Below, piece by piece: positions 25,960-37,500 of a stretch of 64,000 bases of DNA (position 1 is the stretch's first letter; every line of letters starts with the position of its first letter). The notes under the pieces were generated by a model, which worked only from the letters and a program-made list of their open reading frames with translations, was not told where the DNA came from and made no database searches. A program made the position numbers and the translations under genes. Source of the stretch: an uncultured beta proteobacterium (GTDB lineage Bacteria > Pseudomonadota > Gammaproteobacteria > Burkholderiales > SG8-39); contig CAIYPG010000046.1 of the NCBI GenBank assembly GCA_903928055.1, forward strand, positions 2,639 to 66,638. Direction: 5' to 3'.

Positions 25960-27126
25960 CTATTTGTCGCCGGGCTGGTCCGGTGTTGCCTCTGCTGTTC
26001 TCTTCCGCGTGGCAAGTGCGCCGCCGCCCATCAGCACCGCGCTGATCATGAACACGGTGAACAGTCCGGCGGCCGAGGCGATCGCGCCGAACACTGGCGG
26101 GCTGATGACGCGCGCCAGGTTGTTCACGGTCTGCCGCAGGCCGATCGCCTGCCCCGAGCGGCCTTCGGGCGCGCTGTTGAACAGCATCATCATGGTGATG
26201 GGCATGCCGCAGCCCATGCCGAAACCGAAGCAGAACGAAATCGCACAAAGTATCAGGATGTTCCCGGACAGGGGCAGCAGCAGGAAGGCGACCGCTGCTG
26301 CGAGAAAGGTGCCACCCAACAGCCGCTCCTGGCCGATGCGCGCGAGCAGCCAGGGCAGCACGAGGCGCACGACGCATGAGGCCGTCGCAAAACTGGCCAG
26401 CACCGTGCCGATGGCCGATGCCGACAGCGGAATGCTGTGGCCGTAGATCGGCATGTAGAACATGTACAGGTCCTGCCCGATCTGGATCAGCGTCGTGGTG
26501 AGGATGGCGGCCATGACGGCCTTGTCCGAAATCAGTTCCTTCAGGGAATTCTGTGCCGCGATGGCGTGCTTGCCCCCGCCGCCGGGCAGTTGCTGGCCGC
26601 GGAGCGCAACCATCGTAAATGCCATGAAGAACAGGCCCGCGGCGCACAGGCTGGCGATGGCGTGGCCGGCGTGGTCGATGGCAAATCCGGCGATTAGGGG
26701 GCCGAGGATGTTGGAGCCGGAGCCCATCAGGCTGGCGTTGCTGAAATTGCGTGCGCGTTCCTCGGGTTTGCTCACGAGGCCCACGATGTTCTGCACCAGC
26801 ACATTGCAGAACACGAAGGCCATGCCGGAGAGCGCACCGCCCACATAAAGCGCCGGCAGCTTCGGGAACAACCAGGGCACGAGCATGCCGACTGAGCCGG
26901 CGAACATTCCGTAGAGCAGCAGCTTGCGCGGGCCGGTGCGGTCGGCCCATACGCCGATCGGCCAGGACAGCACGAGGGGGAATGCAAAGAACGTGGCGGC
27001 GAGCAGGCCGATCTCGGCCGGCTGCGCGCCGAGTTCCAGTGCATACAGCGACAGCAGCACCCGCGCAGCAGTGACCGCGCTGTAGGTGATCAGCGAAAAG
27101 GCAAAGGTCAGGTAAAGCGGGGACAC
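25960..27126 (-). CDS. MFS transporter
   Basis: 388 aa, 12 predicted TM helices, GVWADRTGPRK loop motif. Confidence 0.85.
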   Translation of the reverse strand: MSPLYLTFAFSLITYSAVTAARVLLSLYALELGAQPAEIGLLAATFFAFPLVLSWPIGVWADRTGPRKLLLYGMFAGSVGMLVPWLFPKLPALYVGGALSGMAFVFCNVLVQNIVGLVSKPEERARNFSNASLMGSGSNILGPLIAGFAIDHAGHAIASLCAAGLFFMAFTMVALRGQQLPGGGGKHAIAAQNSLKELISDKAVMAAILTTTLIQIGQDLYMFYMPIYGHSIPLSASAIGTVLASFATASCVVRLVLPWLLARIGQERLLGGTFLAAAVAFLLLPLSGNILILCAISFCFGFGMGCGMPITMMMLFNSAPEGRSGQAIGLRQTVNNLARVISPPVFGAIASAAGLFTVFMISAVLMGGGALATRKRTAEATPDQPGDK

Positions 27127-27141
27127 CGGTGAATCTCCTGC

Positions 27142-28119
27142 CTATTCCGCCAGCTTGATTCCCGCGCCGTCCACCACCTTCTTCCAGCGCACGACTTCCG
27201 AGGAAAAGTACTGTTTGAACTGTACCGGCGTGTTGCCCACGGCGAGGCTGCCCTGGTTGTCGAGCTCGGCCACGATGGGCGGCATCTTCGCCACCCGGAC
27301 AAGCGCATCAGTCACCTTGTTCACGATCGCAGGCGGCGTGCCGCCGGGCGCGAAGAAGCCCAGCCAGTTGGCGTAGTCGAATTCCGGCAGGTTGTGCTCG
27401 GCCACCGTGGGCACGTCGGGCATGTGCTTGGAGCGCTCGCTGCCCAGCATGGCCAGCGGCCGGATCTTGCCGGACTTCACCAGAGGCAGCGTCGCGATCA
27501 GCGTGCCCGATGAAACATCCACGCGGCCCGCCATCAGTTCGGTCATCAGCGGCCCGGTGCCCTTGAAAGGCACAAAGGTCACCTTCGTATTGGTGAGCGA
27601 ATGCATCCACTCGCCAACGAGGTGGCTGATGTCGCCGACGCCGGCGGTGCCGTAGTTGATCCTGCCGGGATTGGCTTTCGCGTAGGCGAGGTACTCGGCG
27701 TAGGTCTTGAACGGCGCGATGGTGCTCGCCACCAGCACCGAGGAACGCTTGCTCATCTGCGTGATTGGCACGAGGTCCTTCAGCACGTCGAAGTTGAGGT
27801 CGGTGTAGAACGCCGGGAACACGGCCAGGGCCGCGGACGTGGACAGCAGCGTGTAGCCATCCGGCCTGGCCTTCGCCACATAGCCGCTGCCGACCGCAGT
27901 GCCGCCGCCGACCTTGTACTCGATGACCAGGGGCTGTCCGATGATCTCTGAGGCCTTGGTGGTGTACAAGCGGCTCTCCAGGTCAACCGGTCCGCCGGCT
28001 GCGAAAGCCACGATGACCGTGATCGGCTTGGTGGGATAGGTCTGGGCCTCTGCAATGCCAGTCGCCATGGTTAAGATGGCCATTGATGCCGCCATGCACA
28101 TCTGGCGTGAATTCAACAT
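27142..28119 (-). CDS. Bug-family (TctC-like) tripartite tricarboxylate transporter substrate-binding protein
   Basis: Signal peptide followed by YPTKPITVIVAFAAGGPVD, 325 aa. Confidence 0.9.
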   Translation of the reverse strand: MLNSRQMCMAASMAILTMATGIAEAQTYPTKPITVIVAFAAGGPVDLESRLYTTKASEIIGQPLVIEYKVGGGTAVGSGYVAKARPDGYTLLSTSAALAVFPAFYTDLNFDVLKDLVPITQMSKRSSVLVASTIAPFKTYAEYLAYAKANPGRINYGTAGVGDISHLVGEWMHSLTNTKVTFVPFKGTGPLMTELMAGRVDVSSGTLIATLPLVKSGKIRPLAMLGSERSKHMPDVPTVAEHNLPEFDYANWLGFFAPGGTPPAIVNKVTDALVRVAKMPPIVAELDNQGSLAVGNTPVQFKQYFSSEVVRWKKVVDGAGIKLAE

Positions 28120-28168
28120 GGATTTTCCCTTATCGGATTGCTGTTTTCGTTGTTTTTGTGGTGCTGGT

Positions 28169-28935
28169 TCAGGTCTTCAGTCGGTAGCCGGTCTTGAAGA
28201 TCCATGCCACGACCCCGAGGAAGGCGGCGAGGAAGGCCAGCGTCATCCCCAGGCTCACGGCGATGCTCACGTCCGATGAGCCATGGAAGCTCCAGCGGAA
28301 GCCGCTGATCAGGTACACCACCGGATTGAACAGCGACACCGTCTGCCAGAACGGCGGCAACATCTTGATCGAATAGAAGCTCCCGCCGAGGAAGGTGAGC
28401 GGCGTGATCACCAGCAGCGGAATGATCTGCAGTTTCTCGAAGCCGTCGGCCCAGATGCCGATGATGAAGCCGAGCAGGCTGAAGGTCACCGAGGTCAGCA
28501 CCAGGAAGCAGATCATCCAGAACGGGTGCTCGATCTCCAGCGGCACGATCATTGCCGCGGTGGCGAGGATCACCAGCCCGAGGATGATGGACTTCGAGGC
28601 CGCGGCCCCGACATAGGCGATGACGATCTCCAGATACGAGATCGGCGCGGACAGCAGCTCGTAGATCGTGCCGGTGAACTTCGGGAAGTAGATGCCGAAC
28701 GAGGCATTGGCGATGCTCTGCGTCAGCAGCGACAGCATGATCAGGCCGGGCACGATGAAGGCGCCGTAGCTGATGCCGTTCACCTCCTGCATGCGCGGAC
28801 CGATGGCCGCGCCGAACACCACGAAATACAGCGCTGTCGACAGCACCGGCGAGATCAGGCTCTGCATCAGCGTGCGCTTGAAGCGCGCCATCTCGAAAGT
28901 GTAAATGGCGCGGGTGCCGTGGAAATTGAAGTTTT

Positions 28936-28939
<4 letters not shown>
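28169..28939 (-). CDS. yadH: ABC-2 type transporter permease (YadH-like)
   Basis: Collinear similarity to E. coli YadH as recalled (FIVPGLIM.., [12 protein letters not shown]...LPPFWQ..S..NP.VY.ISGFR). Confidence 0.8.
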
Positions 28940-29913
<974 letters not shown>

Positions 29914-30098
29914 GCCGTCATGATAACGGATTGGGTATCCCTTACCGCTGAATGACCCTTCCGCACAGAGGGTGTCATCGAAAGACTTCGGGCTCCGCCG
30001 GGGCGGGCCCTGCACAGACAGCTTGGCGACAGTGATTGCCGCGCTCAGGCGGGGATAATGGCGAACCGGAATCTTTCGGCGTTTGAATTATCAATCGC

Positions 30099-31427
30099 AT
30101 GCAGACCGGCAACGGCATGCAACAGCAGGCTCAACGCATGAATCAGGAATCCCCTCCACACGCCAAAACGCACGCCACGGACCATGTGCCGCTGCTGAAG
30201 AAGCTCGGCCCCGGACTGATCACGGGCGCCGCGGACGATGATCCCAGTGGCATTGCGACGTATTCGCAGGCCGGTGCGCAGTTCGGCTACGGGCTGCTGT
30301 GGTCGACGCTGCTCACTACACCGCTGATGATCGGCATCCAGATTGTCAGCGCGCGCCTCGGTCGGGTTTCGGGGCACGGCCTCGCGGCCAACATCCGCGC
30401 GCAGTTTCCGCGACCGCTGCTGTATTTCATCGTTTCATTGTTGCTGATCGCGAACACGATCAATATTGCCGCGGATCTGGGCGCCATGGGCGATGCGCTG
30501 GCGCTGATCGTCGGTGGCCGCAGCGCAATCTACATCGTGTTCTTTGCGCTGGTGTCGCTGACGCTCCAGGTCTTCATTCCGTTCCCGCGCTATGCACCGC
30601 TCCTGAAGTGGCTGACGCTGGCGTTGTTCGCCTATGTAGGTACGGTGCTGGTGGTGCATGTGCCGCTCGAGGAGATGTTGAGCGGTGCGCTGCTGCCGAA
30701 CCTGTCCTTCCAGAGCAGCAATGTGGGCATGCTGGTGGCGGTGTTCGGCACCACCATCAGCCCGTATCTGTTCTTCTGGCAGGCATCGCAGGAGGTCGAG
30801 GAACAGCGTGCCACCCCCGGGGATGAACCGCTGCGCGAGGCTCCGGAACAGGCGCGCATTCATTTGCAGCGCATCAAGGTCGACACCTACATCGGGATGA
30901 TCTTTTCCAACCTGATCGCCTTCTGCATCATGCTGACCACGGCTGTGACGCTGCATGGCGCGGGGGTCGTCAATATCGACAGCGCGGCAGAGGCGGCGAC
31001 GGCATTGCGGCCGCTTGCGGGGGATTTCGCCTTCCTGCTGTTTGCCGCGGGGATCGTCGGTACCGGCCTGCTGGCGGTTCCCGTGCTGGCCGGTTCGGCG
31101 GCCTACGCCGTGGCCGAGAGCTTCAGCTGGCGCATCGGCCTGGGGTTGCCGTTGACCGAGGCGCGCGGCTTTTATTCGATTCTCACCATTGCCACGCTGC
31201 TTGGCGTGGTGATCGACCTGACCGGCGTTGATTCCATCAAGATGCTGCTGTGGGCCGCGATGATCAACGGCGTGGTGTCGGTGCCCATCATGGCGGTGAT
31301 GATGCTGCTCTCCGCCCGGCCAGAGGTGATGGGCCGCTTCGTGGTGAGCGGGCGGCTGCGTTTCCTGGGGTGGCTGGCCACGGGTGTCATGGCTGCCGCG
31401 GTCGTGGCGATGTTTGTGGTGTCCTGA
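30099..31427 (+). CDS. NRAMP-family divalent metal transporter
   Basis: GPGLITGAADDDPSGIATYSQAG motif, 11-12 TM helices, 442 aa. Confidence 0.85.
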   Translation: MQTGNGMQQQAQRMNQESPPHAKTHATDHVPLLKKLGPGLITGAADDDPSGIATYSQAGAQFGYGLLWSTLLTTPLMIGIQIVSARLGRVSGHGLAANIRAQFPRPLLYFIVSLLLIANTINIAADLGAMGDALALIVGGRSAIYIVFFALVSLTLQVFIPFPRYAPLLKWLTLALFAYVGTVLVVHVPLEEMLSGALLPNLSFQSSNVGMLVAVFGTTISPYLFFWQASQEVEEQRATPGDEPLREAPEQARIHLQRIKVDTYIGMIFSNLIAFCIMLTTAVTLHGAGVVNIDSAAEAATALRPLAGDFAFLLFAAGIVGTGLLAVPVLAGSAAYAVAESFSWRIGLGLPLTEARGFYSILTIATLLGVVIDLTGVDSIKMLLWAAMINGVVSVPIMAVMMLLSARPEVMGRFVVSGRLRFLGWLATGVMAAAVVAMFVVS

Positions 31428-31476
31428 CGCCGCTGAAGCAGAGCGGTTTCCCCATGCCGGATATTCCGGACTGTGT

Positions 31477-31539
31477 TGATTTTAATTATTCGGTGAACAC
31501 GCTTCTGAAAACAGATGATTATTGTTTTTGATAATAATT
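31477..31539 (+). repeat. AT-rich 63-bp element, copy C
   Basis: TGATTTTAATTATTC-37 nt-TGATAATAATT. Same 15/37/11 architecture as A and B, and the right module is identical to B. Lies at the convergent NRAMP/cgs junction. Confidence 0.7.
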
Positions 31540-31556
31540 ACGGAAACTCCTGACGC

Positions 31557-34500
31557 TCAGGCGACCTTGCTTGGGGCAACCGGCAAGGTCCTGCCCACCG
31601 TCACTTCGACCGCATGTTCCTGGCGGTCATCAACCAGCGCAATCACCGGTTCGGACTGATCGACGCCGTCGACTGACACGTGCATCGCGCTGTCTGCTGT
31701 CGTTATCGAACCGGAGGGTTGCTGCCGCACCGTGATGTGCCAGTTGGTCTCGCGATGGCGGTAGTGCAGCACATACCCCTCCCATACTTCGGGCGGGCAA
31801 GGGGCGAGGCGCAGCGTGTCGCCTTCCAGCCGCAGGCCGAGCAGCGACTCCACGATCAGCCGGTACATCCAGCCGGCCGACCCCGTGTACCAGGTCCAGC
31901 CGCCGCGGCCGGTGTGCGGTGCAACGGCATAGACATCGGCGGCAACGACATAGGGTTCCACCTTGTAGCGCTCGATGTCCGGGGCCGTCATTGCATGATT
32001 CAGCGGATTGATCATGGTGGCCAGTTCCCAGGCGCGCCGGCTGTCGCCCTGGGCGGCAAAGGCCATCGCCGCCCAGATCGCAGCATGGGTATATTGCCCG
32101 CCGTTCTCGCGCACGCCCGGCACATAGCCCTTGATGTAGCCCGGATTCATCGCCGACTTGTCGAAAGGCGGATCGAGCAACTGCACCAGCGCGTGCTCGC
32201 GGCGCACCAGGCGCCGGTCCAGTGAATCCATGGCCTGCCGTGAGCGCTTCGGGTCGCCTGCCCCGGACAGCACCGACCAGCTTTGCGCGATCGAGTCGAT
32301 CTGGCATTCATCATTGCCCGCCGAACCCAGCGGCGTGCCGTCGTCGAACCAGGCGCGGCGATACCACTCGCCGTCCCAGCCGTGCTGTTCGAGGTTGCGG
32401 CGCAACTGGTCGGCTTCCGCCAGGCAGCGCGCGGTGAAGGTCGCGTCGCCGTGATTGCGGGCCAGGCCGCTGAAGCGCGTCAGCACCTCGTACAGAAAGA
32501 ACCCAAGCCAGACACTTTCGCCGCGGCCCTGGTTGCCGACCATGTTCATGCCGTCATTCCAGTCGCCGCCGCCCATGAGCGGCAGGCCGTGCGCGCCGAA
32601 GCGCAGGCCCTTCAGCACGGCGCGCACGCAGTGCTCGTAGAGGCTGGCGGTTTCCTCGGAGCGTACGGGCAGGTCGTAATAGGAGTCCTCCTCGGGATTG
32701 AGCGGCCGGCCCTCGAGGAACGGCACGACCTCGTCGAGGATGGCGCGATCGCCGGTGGTGAGCACGTAACGGCTCACCGACAGCGGCAGCCACAGATAAT
32801 CGTCGCTGCAGTGGGTGCGCACGCCGCGGCCCGAGGGCGGATGCCACCAGTGCTGCACGTCGCCTTCGCGGAACTGGCGCGAGGCGCTGCGCAGCAGGTG
32901 TTCACGCACGAGGCCGGGCTCGACATGCATCAGCGCCATCACATCCTGCAACTGGTCACGAAAGCCGTAGGCGCCGCCTGACTGGTAGTAGCCGCTGCGC
33001 GCCCACAGCCGGCAGGCCAGGGTCTGGTACACCAGCCAGCCGTTGGTCAGCACATTGACGGCGCGGTCCGGTGTTTCCACCTGCAGCGCGCCCAGCGTGT
33101 GCTGCCAGTACTGGCGCACCGCCTCCAGTGCCTGGTGCGCGGCGGCGGGCCCGCGGAAGCGGCGCACGAGCTTGTTGGCGTCCTGTGCGCCGCGCCGGCC
33201 GGCAACGCCCAGCCGGAAGATGATTTCACGTTCCTCGCCGATGGCAAGCTCGACCGGAACCTGGATCGCGGCGCAGGGATCAAGGCCCGCTCCCAGCTTG
33301 TTGGAAAGCTGCGCGCGGGTCATGGCGGCCGGACGGCGCAGCGTGCCGTTGCGCCCGATGAACTCGGTGCGGTCGCCGGTCACGGTGCGCGTGGTGTCGT
33401 CGGCATCGAAGAAGGCGATCTGGTCGACGTACTCGCTGTTGTAGGCGTTGTGCGCGAACAGCGCGCCGCTGGAGGGATCGAGTTCGGTGATCACATGCGG
33501 AACCGTTTTCGGCCGCAGGTCGCCCAGCACCCATTCCACATAGCCGGTGGCGGAGATCTGGCGTGCCCGGTTGGATTCGTTGCGCACCTTCAGTACCGAG
33601 AACTTGATTGATGCATCCAGCGCAACGTACATGCACAGTTCGGAATGGATGCCGTCTTCGCTGTGTTCGAACACGCTGTAGCCGAAGCCGTGGCGGGTGA
33701 CGTAGGGTCCGTTGCCGCGCGCCGGGAGCGGGGTGGGGGACCAGAAATGCCCGCTTTCCTCGTCGCGCAGGTAGAAGGCTTCGCCGCTGGAATCACAGAC
33801 CAGGTCGTTGCTCCATGGCGTGAGGCGGAATTCGTGTGCGTTCTCCGCCCAGGTGTAGACCGCGCCGCTCTCCGAAACCACGCTGCCGAAATGCGGATTG
33901 GCCAGCACATTGGCCCAGGGCGCCGGCGTGAGTTTCCCGCGCACCGTGGTGATGACGTACTCGCGCCCGTCGGCACTGAAGCCGCCCACGCCGTTGTCGA
34001 AGATCAGCGCGCCGTCCTGCACCTTCGCTGCTGCAGGGGTTGCCGGCAGGAGGGGCACCGCAGCCTGCATGGTTTCGGCGCGCCGCGTGCGGGTCGGGAT
34101 GAAGCGCGGCAGGTTCAGGTGCGGGGCGCGCATCGCGCCGCGGCTGCGCCGGCTGATCTGCTCTTCGAGTGTGCCGCGCTGGTCGGTGATGATGGCGCGC
34201 GCCACGGATTTGATCAGGATGCGGTCCTCGTCGGAGATCTGTTCGGCGCGGCGCACGAAGATGCCGCCGGGCCGGTCCATGACATGGGCTTCGACGCCCG
34301 CGGCGATCAGGCCGATGATCTGGTCCTGCAGCACCTGCCGGTAGCCGGCCGTGTCCTCGTTCCAGATCACCAGTTCCACCGCCAGGCCCTTCAGGCGCCA
34401 GTAGGCATGGGCCTGCACGAGCTGGCGCACCAGGTCGATGTTCTCCAGGTCGGAGATCTGCAGCAGCACGATGGGCAGGTCGCCGGAGATGGCATAGCCC

Positions 34501-37500
34501 CACAGGCTGGATTGCCCGCGGCGGTTGCTGGCGAGGACGACCGGGTCGGCACGCAGCGCCGGGCTGGTGTAGAGCACCGAGCCGGCGAGGCGCCCGTACA
34601 ACTGCGCGTCGGACTCGGTGGCGTTGATCTGGCGCAGGATCACCCAGCTGTGGGTCCAGGCCAGGTCGAAGACGCGATCGGCCAGGTGGCGGTCGTGGTA
34701 CTTGTCGATCAGTGCGAGCGCGGCATCGCGCGTTTCACCCACGCCGGTCACCATGTCGACGATCACCGACTGTTCCGGTTCGAGCGTGATCTGGTGGCGG
34801 ATTGCGACGATGGGATCGAGCACCGAGCCGGCGCTGCCCGACAGTGCTGCCGGTTCGCGCAGGGCGCGCGGTGCGGCGAGCGTGCCGCCACGGCCGATGA
34901 AGCGCAGCCGGTCGGTCTCATAGGACACCGCCGTGCTGTCGGCCTCGTGCACCGCCATGAGGTGGAACATCGAGGGTGTCTGCTCGTCCACCGAACGCGG
35001 CCGGCGCGTGCACAGGATGGCCTGGCGGTGCGGGATGATCTCGGTCTGCACGAAAAGATTGCTGAAGGCCGGATGCAGCGCATCGGCGGTCGCCGAGGCG
35101 AGCACGACTTCGGCATAGCTCGTCACGTCGATGGTGCGGCGCGAGCGCGAGCGGTTCGTGATGTGCAGGCGGCGCAGCTCGATGTCGTCTTCGGGCGAGA
35201 CCACGATTTCGGTGTGGGTGTCGAAGTTGTGGTCGCGGCGGCGGAACTCCACGCGCGCCTCGGAGAACATCGCTTCATAGGCCGGCGTGGGCGCGAGCGT
35301 CGGCTGGTGCGCGCTTGACCAGAATTCGCCGCTCGCCAGGTCGCGGATGAAGCAGAAGGTGCCCCAGCTGTCGCAGGTGCTGTCCTCGCGCCAGCGCGTC
35401 ACGGCGATGTCCTTCCAGCGGCTGTAGCCGCCGCCGGCGTTGGTCACCATGACGTGATAGCGCCCGTTGGACAGCAGTTGCACCTCGGGTGCCGGCGTGT
35501 CGGGGCTGGAGAGCATGCGCACCGGCATCTCCGGACCGCTCGATACGGCGGGAATGCCCGACAGTTCCGCACCGCGCAGATGGAAGGCGGCGACCTTCGG
35601 GATGCGCTCCTGCAGCAGCAGCAGCGTGGCGCGGAACATGGTGTCCGCCTCGAAGCGCCGCTGCATGCTGCGATTGCGCAGCACATGCGCCAGCGACAAC
35701 AGCGTCATGCCCTGATGGTGCGCCATGTAGGAGCGGACCACCGTGCCGGCCGCGCTGGTCCCGGTGGTGCCTGTTGTACCGGCACCCGTGGCGCGGCGCT
35801 GCCGCGAGGGCGTGTAGTCGATGGCTTCATGCAGGCCGTAGCGGCCCTCGAGGCCTTCGTCGGCCAGTCGCTGCAGGTTGAGGCAGGCCGCCTCGGGCAT
35901 CACCAGCAGCGCCAGCGCCGATGCATAGGGGGCCACGACCAGGTCCTCGGCCAGCCCGCGCTTCAGGCCCAGCCCCGGCACGCCAAAGGCGCGGTACTGG
36001 TAGTTGAGCTGCACATCGACCAGGTGATAGCCCGATTCGGAAATGCCCCAGGGCACGGCGCGCTGCCGGCCGTAGTCGATCTGTCGCGCCACCGCAGAGC
36101 GGCAGGTCTGTTCGAGCAGCGTGTCCTCGTAGGCCGGCATCACCAGCAGCGGCATCAGGTACTCGAACATCGAGCCGCTCCACGACAGCAGGACGGGGTC
36201 GCCCCCGGAACTGGTCAGCAGGCGGCCGAGCGCGAACCAGCTTTCCTGCGGGAGCTGCCCCTGGGCGATGGCCACGAAGCAGGAGAAGCGCGCCTCCGAT
36301 GCCAGCAGGTCGTAGAAACTGGCGTCGCGCCGGCGGTCATCGACGTTGTAGCCGATGGCCAGCAGGTGGCGCGCATGGTCGTACAGGAAGTCGTATTCCA
36401 TGCGGGACAGATCGGCAGCCTGTTGCGCCAGCGCATCGATGGCCGCGATGCGTTCACGGGCGCGCTCGCCGGCCAGGGTGACTGAATCGCGCAGTGCGGC
36501 GAGCCAGGCGCGCTCTTCAGTGCGGGCATGGGTGAGCGCATCTGCAGTTGCGCCGGCGGCGGGGTTTGCATCGGGCAGGTTCAGCCGCTTGTCGATGGCG
36601 GGCAGCAATTGCGCATCGAGTACGGCCATATGACGCAGCGTCGGAATCGATATGCGGCCCGGCAGCGAGGCGATGCGTGCCGGCGCAGCGGGCAGCGCAA
36701 GCCATGGCGCAAGCCACAGCAGTTCGTCGGCGAAGCTGCGGCACTGGCGGTCCAGTGCATGGGCCCACCAGCGCGCATCGTCGTCCGCGGGTATGGCATC
36801 GACGGCATCGATGCCGAGCGCAACCGTCCTGGCCGTGGCGGCCAGACGGGTCATCCAGTGCCAGGCGGCGGCAATTGTGGCGGGACGTGAATCAAAGGCG
36901 GAGTCGAGGTCGCGGCGCATCTGGCCGAGCATCTCGTCCAGGGGTGCGGGCGTGGGATGCGTCCCGGCAGCGGCGATGAGCACATCCAGCGTGTCGCACA
37001 GGCCCTCGAATACGTGCGTCGAGAAAATGCGCTCGTCGGGCTGCGCCAGCAGGCCCTGGCGCAGGGTGAGCAGGTGGCCGGCAAGGTTGCCGCTGTCCAC
37101 CGACGAGATGTAGCGCGGCTGCAGCGGCTGCAGTGACTGCGTGTCATACCAGTTGAAGAAATGCCCCTGGTGCCGCTCCAGGCCCGCCATTGTCTGCAGC
37201 GTGTTCGCGGTGCGCTCGGCCAGCAGGCCGGCAGGCAGGTAGCGAAAGTCATACGCTGCCAGGTTCGCGAGCAGCGCAAGGCCCATGTTGGTCGGCGAGG
37301 TTCGATGTGCCAGTACCGCGTCGCGATATTCCTGGAAGTTGTCCGGGGGCAGCCAGTGGTCATCGGGGCCGACGAAGGCCTCGAAGAACGCCCAGGTCCG
37401 GCGCGCGAGTTTGCGCAGGAACACGCGCTGTTCCCCGGTCAGGCGCGCGGCGCGCCGCGGCAGGGGCCGGCTGACCCACCAGGCGATGGCTGGTGATCCA

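Noticed and set aside
29914-30098. Mn riboswitch (yybP-ykoY) or Fur/MntR operator upstream of the NRAMP gene
   Set aside because: Only a half-site-like GAATTATCAAT is present just before the ATG. I could not find the conserved riboswitch core or a full inverted repeat.
33645-35318. Long plus-strand ORFs inside the cgs gene (33645..35318, 557 aa; 37686..39791, 701 aa; 35454..36485, 343 aa)
   Set aside because: They lie antisense to a 3000-aa ORF with clear GT84/GH94 motifs. Their translations are Arg/Ala/Gly/His-rich low-complexity strings typical of shadow ORFs in high-GC DNA, and no recognisable domains are present.
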